Shown here: piece after piece, positions 49,146-61,995 of the stretch
Layout: the number at the start of each line of letters is the position of its first letter
How positions within the stretch are numbered: position 1 is the stretch's first letter
Assembly: GCF_963921235.1 (NCBI RefSeq)
Contig: NC_086097.1
Span: 129,644,001-129,708,000 of the forward strand
Reading direction: 5' to 3'
Length of the DNA stretch: 64,000 nt
Source of the DNA: Mobula hypostoma
Taxonomy: Eukaryota
Made by a program: the position numbers and the translations under genes
The notes under the pieces: generated by a model
The model's database searches: none
Told to the model about the DNA's origin: nothing
Seen by the model: only the letters and a program-made list of their open reading frames with translations

Positions 49146-52100
49146 TAAGTAAACACATAGATCAAAAGAGGAACAGTAAAGTAGTGTTCATGCGTCGAAG
49201 GAGCTGTACCTAAAACATTGTTATAGGTTACCATTACCGTACGAACCTACCATGTCTTTGGGATATGAAAGGAAACAGGAACACCAGGAAGGAACTTGCA
49301 TTAGACACAGGGAAACTGTACCCCACCATACTGGAGTTCAGGATTGAACTCAGGTTGCTGGAACTATAAGTTAATGCCATATTGTCACTGCATTGCTCTC
49401 AACGGTTGCATTTTGCCTCCAACATTCAGTTTGTAAATTTTCTATGATTCAACATCAAAGACAGAGAAATAACTAAACTTCCAGCCACAAGTCCATAGCC
49501 CAGTGCATGTATACATATATCTATATAGAGTACATATCCAAGTCCTATTTAAATATAATGAAGTTTTCTGATTCTAACTCTCTTTCAGGATGCAAGGTCC
49601 AGACTCTGTCAACTTCTTCCTCCCCCCTTACCTCCTCTTCAATCTCTCCCCAAAAGTTTCAATCTTCAAATTTCAACCTCTGCACCCCTGATTTTCAGCA
49701 CCTCTGATAACTTCGGGGAGTGGAGGCTGAGTACAGCAAATACCAAAGCTACTACATGTAATTATCGCACTGGAAGGATTCTTGTACGACTACTTGTGTC
49801 TTTGTGAGAAGGGATACAGTGCCGATCTGTGCAATGCATTGCAAGTTAACTCTGTTGGTTGAGAAAGACAATCTTGCTTTCAAAGAAATAGGTGAAACAA
49901 TTCATTCCAGCAGCTTTCAGTGTTATCAGGTTCCCAGATACTCGATGAGATATAAAGTCAAGGAAAAATATGAGCCAATATCCTCATTGGATCATGTCCT
50001 GATCACCTGGAAGTTTCTGCCAACATTAAAATGGAAATGGACATGTTGTTGATTCAGTTTTCTTTTCCATTTTTAATGTAGTTAACTAAAATCTTTGTTT
50101 CACTCTTTAATCTTCAGCCTATTTTCGACTTGTGGATTAGGCTTCTTATTTATAACAGATTGCCAATACTTTGTTGTGTGGAGGGGCATGTGGATGCAAG
50201 GAAAGGGAGATGTTGAAAATTATTTCCACAAAACCTCACAAAAAATTTATAAATTTTTTGAAGGTCAAACGAAGTTGGCATATTAGTTTTGTAATAGAGA
50301 GAAGATCTTACAGTATTTATCATTTGCATGATTTACTAGGACGTGGATTAATTTCTCAAATATTCAGAAATATTACATGACAAATAAAACATTGACTTGT
50401 ACCAATAATGTGCATCTACCACATTACATTGTTTAGTCTTTACTTTAAAAGTAACTGATTATTTTTAAACACATAAAGCACAATCTGATTTTCAGAAACA
50501 AATATTTATCATGATGAAAGAAACTAATTATGAAGTAGCTAGACTGATAGTAGGCAAAGTAGGTCACTGATGAGGAGTATTTTAATGAATAAAACATAAG
50601 AATTGATGAAAATATTTGTGTTTACCCAGATCTCTTGCTTTTTCTCTGTGTATTTCAACACTTCCCTGATCATCTCTTTCCATCATCAATTCCCAACACC
50701 TCGAACAACATAACAGCTTGATCTACAGACCTTTGCTTCTTCCCAATACAGTATTCAGTTAGAATTTCCTCAGTTTTAAATTGTGTGTTCCCCGCTAGCT
50801 CCAAAAATCCCTTCCTTTAAAAATAAACTGCAACGTGAATGTCCATTTGGCAATACTTTCCTCTTCCACATGGAGATTATCCTTGCTATAGTATTGTGTC
50901 ATGGAATTATAGATATGAAATCACTAGATAATTATAATTTCAACTACACCTTAAAAACAAACTACTTACTTGGCCACAAAGCATTTTGCCCCATTCTCAC
51001 GTAGTGAGAGATGCTGTGTATTGTAAACCACATGCATTCTTTTTATGTTTATTTTCCCTCGACAGAGGCTCCTATTCAAAGCTAATGATAGCCAGCAGTT
51101 GTAGCATGGTAAAATGTATCTCGACACTTCAGAGCGGGTTATTAAAGCAACCTCGTAAAGTGATATTAAACAAGAATTCATTGACAGTTATTGGGGCGGG
51201 GGGGAGAGAGAATGGTTGTCCATAGCTGCAATGTTTTCATCAGTGGATTTTGAATTCCTGTGCCTACAGACTGCATGACATGCACTGGAGATTGCAAATG
51301 ACCTATCAGTCAGAACACCTCTTGACTTGGAGAAGCAATGATTTCTGGGGAAGCGCTATAAGACAGAGGCACCAAATTAAGGGGCTGGATGCACTTCACA
51401 TCTGCACCCCCCCCCCATACACCAGCCATGAAGATCCATTAATCGAAATATATGAGAATGAGGTTTCTGACTGTTATTTAAAATATGAGTGAAAGAAAGT
51501 GGTTTGCTTTTTAAGTGTTGCTTGACTGAATTTTTAAATTTTAATCAACTCCATAATTATATAAATGTTTCAAATCTGTATCTGAAGAACTTTGATCATC
51601 AGAACCCTTTAGAAACAGGGGAAAAGACCATGAAATCATAAGATGTCAGAGGATTTGTGGGCAGGAATCTTAATTTTAACTTGCTGTGCTCGGGGTTAAT
51701 CGGCACTTGCAGAACGCTCCAGCTCGCATATTGGCTGCAGCAAAGAGGAACAACACCGAGATAGTGCAACTGCAGTGGTGGGCTGTGTGGACACAATCTG
51801 GCCAAGGTAGAGAAGACCAAAAGGTGGGTCATAGGAAGTACTGTAAAATGGGGGAATGAGACAGAAGGAAATAACTGCACAATGATACAGCTTTTCTTTT
51901 CAGTAGGGCAACTTTACTGCATGATGTCATCAAGGTATGACTACAGTTCTGGGGTTTAAAGATAGAAAATCAAAGGGCTAGTTTAAGAAAGTAATGCTGA
52001 GGTGAAATGATTTTATTGAATGATAAAAGTTAAATGGCTTATTCCAGCTTTGCTTAGGAGGAGTTTGCTTAATCTCTGCTGGAGAAGAATCACCACAATC

Positions 52101-52439
52101 CTGGTGCCTTCCATTTTCTATTGTCATTGAGGGTTCTTTGTCAACAAACAGTTTTATGGACGTCAGATTCAGTTATATTTTTATGCCATTCTAAACATCA
52201 AGTAACATTGGGAGTATGATTGGGAGTATGGTTAGTTGACAGTAAATTGCCCCAGAAGAAGGTGAGTGGCTGAGTCTAGAAGAGTTGATAGGAATACAGG
52301 ACAAAAAAAAACTATATTGATGTAAATTGGTGCTTGATTGTTTATGCAAGTTCCGTGGGCAGGAAGGTCTGTTTCTGTACTATGTCATACTACGACCTCC
52401 AACAGTAGTAATGTCTTGGGGGTCGCCAATTCCATGAGT

Positions 52440-55245
52440 CTCACAATCACAGACCACTACAGCACAGAAATAGGCCCTTCAGCCCATTTAGTGCATCCTG
52501 AACTATTATGCTGCCTCATCATGGACCTGCACCTGCAACATAGCCCTCCATACCCCTCCAATCCACATTCCTATCCAAATTTCTATCAAATGTTGAAATC
52601 AAAACCAATCCACAACTTCCCCTGGCAGCTTGCTCCACCACTCACCAGATCCCTCTGTTCTAACGTACTCCTCGGTGCCCTATTGCTTATTGTGCAAGGC
52701 CTCTTTTGGCTTATTCTTCCAAAGTGCAACACCTCACACTTGTGATGGGGTCCTAAATTACCCCTATGAGACAGAGACAGAAAGAGACTGATTGACTGCT
52801 TTGAGATGGTGTTATGAACCCCCTAAGGTTCATATTTCCTGTGGGCTGTCACTTTAAGGCACGAGGAAGAACTGAGACTAACTTTTGGATTTCAGCTGAG
52901 TTTGGAGGGAGAGGGCACTGAGCAGCTCATAGGTTTCTATGGTGACCGAGGACGGCGTTATTTGATGGATAATCGATGTTATGGTTTCTCTGGAGCGTGT
53001 TTATACTTCCCAAGGACATGGTCTGCTAGTGCATTCTTAGGCAGAGAAGGGAGGAGTTATTTGAGAGACAGTTGGTACTCAGTACGGTGAGATAAATATG
53101 AGGTCAGATGATAGACCTGGAACACATGTTTTTGGACACTGAATGAGCTTTGTTGTGCCCACAGAAAAAGTGGTTTTTTGGAGGATCAATCGGGCAGATT
53201 GATCAGTGGCTTTTGCAGTGAGAAAGGGGAATGACCGGTGGGGAGTTGTCCATGTGTCCAACCCTTGCCTGGGTTGATGATTCCACCACAGAAGAACGGT
53301 CCCCTGTGTCGTGGTCACAGTCGGTGACTTTTAAAGGATTTCGGAGGACAATGGGAAGATCAACGGCGTCAACTCACCTGAAGACTCAAATCAATCAATC
53401 AATCAATCTCTCTCTCTCTCTCCAACTCAATACCTTGAACTTTACTTATCATCGTAAGACTGTATATATTTACCCCGAGACTTGAAGAAGCTTGATTTTC
53501 ATATATTTTCCACAGTTACTTATATATAATCATTGCTAACCTGTTTGATTTATCTGCATTTATATTACTGTATTGCATAGTTACTAATAAATATTATTAG
53601 CTAATAGCAATACTGGACTCCAAAGTGTTTTCCATCTCTGCTGGTTCTTTAACCCGTCACGGGGTACGTGACACACTTGTCTGCATTAAGTTCCATCCGC
53701 CATTTTTCAGCCCATTTTTCCAGCAGGTCTAGAACCCACTGCTAGTTTTGCATATTGCATATTTCCTTTGCTCTCCACTATACCCCCAATCTTGAATTGA
53801 ATTTATCCATCTCACAACGTGAGGCCAGACAGAAACAGCTGAAACAGTTTATGGTTGGGGTGACTGGTGTCCCTGATGATCTTCCAGGCCGCCTTTCTGC
53901 ACCTGCTGCTGTAAACGTCCTCAATGGAGGAAAGTTCACGTCCACAGATGCCTTGGGCTGTCCGTTCCACTCTCTGCAGCGCCCAGCGATCAAAGTTGGT
54001 GTAGTTCCCATACCAGGCAGTGACATAGCCAGTCAGGATGCTATCAGTAGTGCCCTTGTAGAAGGTCTTGAGGATCTGAAGGCTCATGCCAAACTTCTTC
54101 AGTCACCTGAGACGGAAGAGACGCTGTTGTGCTTTTTTAACCATACAGCCAGCAAATCTTGGTGCCACCCACAAATTTACTGATCTGTTTTACCACAATA
54201 TCATCCAGATTGTTGATATACAGTGGACGGCAAACAACAACGGACCCAACATTGATCCCTGCAGCATTCCAATAGTCACAGGTCTCCAGTCAGAGGGGCG
54301 ACCATCTGCTACCACTCTCTGGCTTCTCTGGTAAGGCCGATGTCTGATCCATTTTACTACCTTATCCTGAATACCGAGTGACTAAAACTTCTTGACCAAC
54401 TTCCCATGTGGGATCTTGTCAAGAGCCTTGTCAAGAGCCTTGCTAAGGTCCATGTAGACAAAATCCACTGCGTTTCCTTCATCAATTTTCCTGGTAACTT
54501 ACTCGAAAAACTCTACGAGATTGGTAGAGACGACTTACTACACACAAAGCCATGTTGACTATCCCTAATCAATCCCTGTTTATCCAAATATTTATATATC
54601 CAGTCTCTTAGAACGCCTTCTAATACCTTATGTATTACTTATGTCTGTCTTACTGGCCAATAACTTCCTGGCTTTTTCTTAAAGCCTTTCTTAAAGAATG
54701 TAACAACACCAGCTACCCACCCACCAATCCTTTGGCAACTCATCAGTGATGTTCAAAGCAGATTAAAATTCCTCTGCTAGGGCCTCCCACAGGGTCCGAG
54801 GGAACACTGTCAGATCCTGAGGATTTATCCCCCTAATTTACAGGAAGCACCTCCTTCTCTGTAATCCACATACAGTCATAGCCTCACTGCTGTGTTGCCT
54901 CACGCCTATAGATTGTAACCATTTCCTGAGTAAATATAGATGCAAACAATCCATCTAAGATCTCCCCCATCACATTTGGCTCCATGCACAGACCATTTTG
55001 AAGACCCATTTTATCCCTTGCTATCCTTCTGCTCTTAATATAATTGTAGAAGGCCTTGGGATTCTCCTGCAGCTTGTCTGCTGGAGAAACCTCATCCTTT
55101 CTGATTTCCTTCTTATGTGCTCTCTTGCATTTCTTATACTCAAGTACCTCATTTGTTTCTTGTTGCTTACATCTCCTATTCACCTTCTTCTTAACCAGGG
55201 CCTCAATATCTCTCAAAAACTAAAGTTTCCTAAACTTGTTATCCT
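52440..55245 (-). mobile_element. Decayed CR1 LINE hosting a solo LTR and a Rex1 fragment (about 53800-54145)
   Basis: ENPKAFYNYIKSRRIARDKMG (54884-55216). The Rex1 piece is TFYKGTTDSILTGYVTAWYGN (53812-54087). Confidence 0.8.
52741..53673 (+). mobile_element. Solo LTR (Ty3/Gypsy-like)
   Basis: TG...CA ends, 4-bp TSD CACT (52737-52740 / 53674-53677) and AATAAA at 53586-53591. It splits the CR1 sequence cacctcacact|tgtctgcattaa exactly. Confidence 0.8.
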
Positions 55246-55714
55246 GAATATATGATTCAAAGTTCACTTACCAGAGATGAAGATAAACATATCACAAAAG
55301 CTAAATAGCATTAATATCATTAATCATGTGAGTGAAAATACTGAAACTGAGCAATTAAGTTTAGTTAAGATAAAAATCTAGGCAAAGCTTTGACGGTTTG
55401 TAGGATTTGTAGACTGTGTGGCATTACGCACATTGTAATGCCAAACAGATTTTCAGCTGTCTGCTAGCTAGTGTCTGTCCAGTTGATGGCGTGCTTTCAA
55501 TCAGCCATCATTTTAACAAACAGCAGATAAAAAATTGCTTCAGAATACCTCACCACTCTGACCTCTGTTCTCCTTAGCTTTCCAAAGAGCTCATATCTCG
55601 TACAACCATGAAATAAAACACTTCAATCCAGCCTCAAGTATCTTGATGCATACTTGATGGTAAATTTGCGAAGGTGTATGCACCTCAGATACAATTAACA
55701 ACAGTGCAAGAATT

Positions 55715-58200
55715 TAAATAAGAGCAGAAGAAATAGGGGTAGGAGTAGGCCATCTGGTCTATTGAGCCTGCTCCACCATTCAATAAGATCATAGCCGATC
55801 TGGCCATGGACTCAACTCCACCATCTGCTTTTTCCCCATAACCCATAATTCCCCTACTATGCAAAAATCTATCCAACCTTGTCTTAAATATATTTACTGA
55901 GGTAGCCTTCGCTGCTTTATTGTCAGAGAATTCCACAGCTTCACCACTCTCTGGGAAAAGCAACTCCTCCTCATCTCCATCCTAAATTTACTCCCCTGGA
56001 TCTTGAGACTATGTCCCCTAGTTCTAGTCTCACCTATCAGTGGAAACAACTTTCCTGCCTCTATCTTATCTATCCCTTTCATAATTTTATGTGTTTGTAT
56101 AAGATCTCTTCTCAGTCTTCTGAATTCCAGCGAGTACAGTCCCAGGAGACTCAATCTCTTCTCATAGTCTAACCCTCTCATCTCTGGAATCAACCTGGTG
56201 AACCTCCTCTGCACCACCTCCAAAGTCAGTATATCCTTCTTCAAGTAAGGAGACTAGAACTGCACGTAGCACTCCAGGTGCAGCCTCACCAGTACCCTGT
56301 ACAGTTGCAGCATAGCCTCCATTCTCTTAAATTCAATCCCTCTAGCAATGAAGACCAACATTCCATTTGCTGCCTTGATAGCCTGTTGTGCCTGCAAACC
56401 AAACTTTTGTGTTAAGTGGATGACCTTGCATTTCTTTTTTCTTTTAGGCATCCGTTAGTCTCATGAGACCATGGATTTGCACCTTGGAAGGGTTCCAGGG
56501 CACAGGCCTGGCCAAGGTTGTATGGAAGACCAGCAGTTGCCCATGCTGCAAGTCTCCCCTCTCCACGCCACTGATGTTGTCCAAGGGAAGGGCATTAGGA
56601 TCCATACAGCTTGGCACTGGTGTCGTCGCAGAGCAATGTGTGATTAAGTGCCTTGTGCAAGGACACACACACTGCCTCAGCCAAGGCTCGAACTAGCGAC
56701 CTTCAAATCACTAGACAACCCCCTTAACCACTTGGCCACGTGCCAACACACATGCATTTACCAACATTATAAAACTCCATTTGCCAGACCCTTGCCCACT
56801 CACTTAACCTATCTATATCTCTCTGCAGACTCTCTGTATCCTCTGCACAGTTTGCTTTTTCACTCAATTTACTCAATTTAGTATCATCAGCAAACTTAGA
56901 TACATTACACTCGGCCCCCTCTTCCAGATTGTTAATGTATATCGTGAACAGTTGCAGACCCAGCACCGATAACCTGCGGCACACCACTGATTGCCAGCCA
57001 GAGTAACACTCATGTATCCCAACTCTCTGCTTTCTATTAGTTAACCAACCCTCTATCCATGGTCATACATCACTCCAACTCTATACATCCTTGTATTATG
57101 GGTAAGTCTTCTATGCGGCACCTTACCAAACACCTTCTGGAAATCCAAGTTAATAACATCTGTCCTTCCCCTCTCTACACTGCACTTGTATTATCCTCAA
57201 AGAACTCCAGAAAGTTTGTCAAACAGGACCTGCCTTTGCTGAATCCATACTGTGTCTGATGGATCCATTTCTTTCCAGATGCCTTGCTATTTCTTCTTTA
57301 ATGATAGCTTCAAGCATTTTCCCAACTACACATGTTAAACTAACTGGCCTATAGTTATCTGCCTTTTGCCTACATCGTTTTTTGAACAGTGGCATGAAAT
57401 TTACCATCTTCCAATCTGCTGGGACCTGCCCACAGTCCAGAGAATTTTGATAAATTATCACCAAGGCCTCTAATATAACTTCTGCCATTTCTTTCAGTAC
57501 CCTGGGATGCATTCCATCAGGACCAGGGGACTTGTCTATCTTTAGGCCCACAAGTTTGCTCAGACTACCTCTTTAGTGATAACTATTGTATCAAAGTCCT
57601 CACCTCCCATTGCATCCATATAATCTCTCTTTGGCGTGTTAGACATGTCCTCCACCATGAAGGTCAATGGAAAATAGTCATTCAAAGCCTCGACCATTTC
57701 CTCATTACCCAATATTAATTCCCCCTTCTCATCCTCCAAGGTACCTATGTTCACTTTAGCCCCTCTTTTCCACTTTATGTAATTATAATATCTTTTACTA
57801 TCCATTTTTATATTTTGTGCTAGTTTATTTGCGTAATCTATCTTCTCTTTATTGTTCGTTTAGTGGTTCTTTGTTGCTTTTTAAAGTTATCCCAATCTTC
57901 TAGTTCCCCTGTCCTCTTGGCGACTTCGTATGCACGAGCTTTTCATTTGAAGGCTTCTTCTATTTACAAGTTATCGAAGGCTGGCTCTACCCACCCTTAC
58001 TGTCCTTCCTCTTAACTGGAATATACTTTTATTGAGCACCCTGAAAAATCTCTTTGAAAGTCTTCCACTGTTCCTCAACTGCCTCACCATATAGACTGTG
58101 TTCCCAGTCTATGCTAGCCAAATCCTCCCTCATCCCATTGTTGTCTCCATTGTTTAGGCATAATACACTGGTTTTAGATTAAACTATGGCACCTTCCATT
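55715..58200 (-). mobile_element. CR1 LINE ORF2, fragmented
   Basis: KSPGPDGMHPRVLKE, NYRPVSLTCVVGK, SKFADDTKL and VQRRFTRLIP. Confidence 0.9.
56434..56750 (-). mobile_element. tRNA-derived SINE (same family as 3539-3850) nested in CR1
   Basis: High similarity to the 3539-3850 copy, with boxes A and B, an A-rich tail and a probable TSD tgcattt (56427-56433 / 56753-56759). Confidence 0.9.
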
Positions 58201-58399
58201 CGTATGATGAGCTGTAGTTGATAAAGAGCATCCTGACGTATGCACCTTTGCTGTTCAGATGTTCTGGGGTTGAATGGAAAGCCAGTGAAACGGCATCCGC
58301 TGTGGATCTGTTTGCTGGTCGTCAAACTGAAGCAGAAACAAGTCGCTTCTCTGGCGGAAGTTGATGTGTACAGGGGAACTCTTTGGATCTAGTCAACAT

Positions 58400-59430
58400 A
58401 AACCCATTAGTTTCAAGATTGCCCAAAAAAGGTAGTAAATGGAGAATGTTCTGCTTCAATGACCAGTAGTGTTCCGCAGGGATCTGTTCTGGAACGCCTG
58501 CACGTTGTGATTTTTATAAATGATGTGAATGTGGGAGTGGAAGTTTACAGATGCACAAAGATTGATAGAGTTGTGGTTCATCTTGAGAGATGTTGTGGGT
58601 TGCAAAAGGACATTGACAGGATGCAGAACTGGGCTGAGAAGTGGCAGATGGAATTCAACTCAAAAGTGTGAAGTGATTCATTTTAGAATGTCAATTTTGA
58701 AGTCAGAATATAGGGGTTGATGGCAGGATTCTTAGCAGTGTGGAGGAACAGAGTGATCTTGGGGGTGCACCTCCATAGATCCTTCAGAGTTGCCGTACAA
58801 GTTGATAGAGTTGTAAAGAAGATTCATGGTGTGTTGGCCTTCATTAGTCAGGGATTGAGTTCAAGAGCTGTGAAGTAATGTTACAGCTCTATAAAACTTT
58901 GGTTATACTACACTTGGAGTATTGTGTTTGGTCTGGCCACTATAGGAAGGAGGTGGAACCTTTAGAGGGGGTGCAGGGGAGATTTACCAGAACACTGCCT
59001 GGACTGGAGGAAAGGTATTCTAAAGATGGTTTGAGCGAGCTAGAGATTCTCTCTTTGGAATGAAGGAGGATGAGACGAGATTTGATAGAACGTACAAGAT
59101 GATAAAAGGATAGACAATGAGAATAGCTAGAGAGTTTTTCCCCAGGGTGGACATTACTAATACCAGGGGGCATAATTTTAAAGTGATTGTTAGAGGAAAG
59201 AATAGGAAGTTGTTAGACATTAATTCTTTACACAGAGAGGAGTAGGTGTGTGGAACGCCCAGGCAGGGGTGGTGGTAGAGGCAGAATCTTTAGGGACATC
59301 TAAGAAACTCTTACATAGACATATGGATGATAGAAAAATGAAGGTTATGTAGGAGTAAAGGGTTAGCGGTAGGTTAAAAGGTCAGCACAACATTGTGAGC
59401 CAAAAGGCTTGTACTGTGCTATAATCTATC
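58400..59430 (+). mobile_element. Decayed CR1 LINE 3' part
   Basis: TSSVPQGSVL, WAEKWQMEFN and LQLYKTLV..HLEYCV. Confidence 0.85.
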
Positions 59431-59549
59431 TTCATGATTATGGAGAAGGATAGGACTGGTTCTTGGGTTGAGATTCAGTACTTCAGTAAGCAACACCATT
59501 CTATATCAATTCTCAAAATCAGTGGATCCTGGACTGCAGACTTGGGCCA

Positions 59550-60476
59550 TGAGTGCAGTTCTTCTTTAAGAAAAAGGAAGCACAGAAGGCGCACTGGTCT
59601 ACAGGTGCGATTGAAACATAGAGGTCTTAGATCCTTACTCCTAATTTTCCTGCTGGTGAATGTACAGTCTCTGGAACATAAAACTGAAGGCTTCAGAGCA
59701 AGATTGCAATACCAGAGGGACATCAGGAGCTGCTGTGTCCGACCACTTTGCTTTGTGGAAACATGGCTCAGTCCCGCTATTTCAGACACAGCGCTGCAAC
59801 CCGAGGACTTCTCCGTTCACCATAAGTACAGGATAGTTGAGGTTTTTTAAAGGCAAGAGAGGTGGAGGATGCTTCCTTGTTAACTCATCAGCGTGCACAG
59901 ATTCTCTCTCAATTCTGTTCACCCAACCTGGAATATCTAATGGTCAAATGTGGTCCATGTTAACTGCCGTGGGAGATACCTGCTATCATCCTGGTAGTAA
60001 TGTACACTCACTTCTGGCCAATGTCAGGCAGGTACTGGAGGAGCTGAGCACCGTGACCAGCAGTCATGAAACTGTGCACCCTAATGCTCTCCCCATCACT
60101 GCAGAGGATTTCAAACATGCCAGCTTGAAGAAGTCTTTGAACAGCTACAACCAACATATCACCTATGGAACCAGAGGAGTCAACACACTTGCCCTGTTTT
60201 ATACCATTATCAAGAACACATACTATGCTATCCCACTTCCACACTTTGGAAAATCCGATCACTGTCTGCACTTCTACTCCCAGTGTCCAGGCAAAGACTA
60301 AAGACTGCAGCACTAGTTGTAAGGACTAAGAAGGTATGGTCAAGAGAGGAGGTGGAGAACTTACAGAACTGCTTTGAGTTGATGGACTAGTCAATATTCA
60401 GGGACTCATCTTCAAATCTGAATGAATATGCCACAGATGTCACTGACTTCGTGAAGACCTGCGTGGATTAGTATGT
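59550..60476 (+). mobile_element. Rex1/Babar LINE 5'/APE region, cut by the Penelope insertion
   Basis: GLQVRLKHRGLR...NVQSLEHK...CFVETWL and HFGKSDH. Confidence 0.8.
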
Positions 60477-61369
60477 AAACAACAGGAATTCTGCAGATGC
60501 TGGAAATTCAAGCAACACACATCAAAGTTGCTGGTGAACGCAGCAGGCCAGGCAGCATCTGTAGGAAGAGGTGCAGTCGACGTTTCAGGCCGAGACCCTT
60601 CGTCAGGACTAACTGAAGGAAGAGTGAGTAAGGGATTTGAAAGCTGGAGGGGGAGGGGGAGATGCAAAATGATAGGAGAAGACAGGAGGGGGAGGGATAG
60701 AGCCGAGAGCTGGACAGGTGATAGGCAAAAGGGGATACGAGAGGATCATGGGACAGGAGGTCCGGGAAGAAAGACAAGTGGGGGGGACCCAGAGGATGGG
60801 CAAGAGGTATATTCAGAGGGACAGAGGGAGAAAAGGGAGAGTGAGAGAAAGAATGTGTGCATAAAAATAAGTAACAGATGGGGTACGAGGGGGAGGTGGG
60901 GCCTTAGCAGAAGTTAGAGAAGTCGATGTTCATGTCATCAGGTTGGAGGCTACCCAGACGGAATATAAGGTGTTGTTCCTCCAACCTGAATGTGGCTTCA
61001 TCTTTACAGTAGAGGAGGCCGTGGATAGACATGTCAGAATGGGAATGGGATGTGGAATTAAAATGCGTGGCCACTGGGAGATCCTGCTTTCTCTGGCGGA
61101 CAGAGCGTAGATGTTCAGCAAAGTGGTCTCCCAGTCTGCGTCGGGTCTCGCCAATATATAAAAGGCCACATCGGGAGCACCGGACGCAGTATATCACCCC
61201 AGTCAGCAAAGCGGTGTCCCAGTCTGCGTCGGGTCCTCCCTTAGTGCTACACATGCCCTTACACTTCCTCCCTTACCACCATTCAGGGCCCCAAACAGTC
61301 CTTCCAGGTGAGGCAACACTTCAGCTGTGAGTCAACTGGGGTGATATACTGCGTCCGGTGCTCCCGATG
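60477..61369 (-). mobile_element. Penelope-like element 3' part: GIY-YIG endonuclease, terminal repeat with hammerhead, and 5' inverted segment
   Basis: ORF 60904-61254 GVIYCVRCSRCGLLYIGETRRRLGDHFAEH...HF..EEQHLIFRLGSLQPDDMN has the GIY-YIG signature. Confidence 0.92.
60575..60610 (-). ncRNA. Minimal type-I hammerhead ribozyme, intact core
   Basis: Minus strand AGTC-CTGACGA-AGG-GTCTCGG-CCT-GAAA-CG-TC^GACT. Stem I is AGTC/GACT, stem II is AGG/CCT and stem III is palindromic ACGT. Predicted cleavage after GUC, between 60579 and 60578. Confidence 0.8.
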
Positions 61370-61995
61370 GGTAGGTGCAGGTTTGATTGCAACACTTAAG
61401 ATTAGTTAGGATAAATACACGGATAAGAGGGGTGTAGAGGGTTATGGTCCGAGTATGGATCGATGGGATTAGGCAGCATCGCAGTTCGGCACAGACTACC
61501 TTAGCCAGAGGATCTATTTCTGTGCTATAGTGCTGCATGACTCTAAGACATTATGGACACATCCTTCCCCACTGTTGGTTAACATCTATAGGGGGTACTG
61601 CCTGAAGAAGGGAACATCCATCTTCGAAGAACCCCATCTGTTAATAGCCACCATCTTTTTGCAGCTACAAATATGGCACGAGGTATAGAAGCCTGAATTT
61701 CCACACCACCAGGTTCAAGAAACCATATAACCAGTTCAACCATTCAGCTTTTAAACTGACTGTCAAAGCCCTAATCTCTACAATTGAACTATACTATGAG
61801 GAATTTGCCCTAAGGTTGACTTTTTTGTTCTAATTGTGTTCTTTCTTGTAAAAAATATGTATATGTAATTTGTTTATTAATTTTTCTTGGGAATGCTCTT
61901 TATGAGGCAAAGTGACTGCAATGCTGCAACTGTTTCTCATTGTACTTGTGCATGTGTGTACTTACGTATATAACAAACTCAAATTTGACTTTGAA
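61370..61995 (+). mobile_element. CR1 3' UTR fragment followed by a Rex1 3' fragment
   Basis: gttcggcacagac...tgtgctatagtg CR1-type end, then caccaccaggttcaagaa and tail aaactcaaatttgactttga. Confidence 0.55.
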
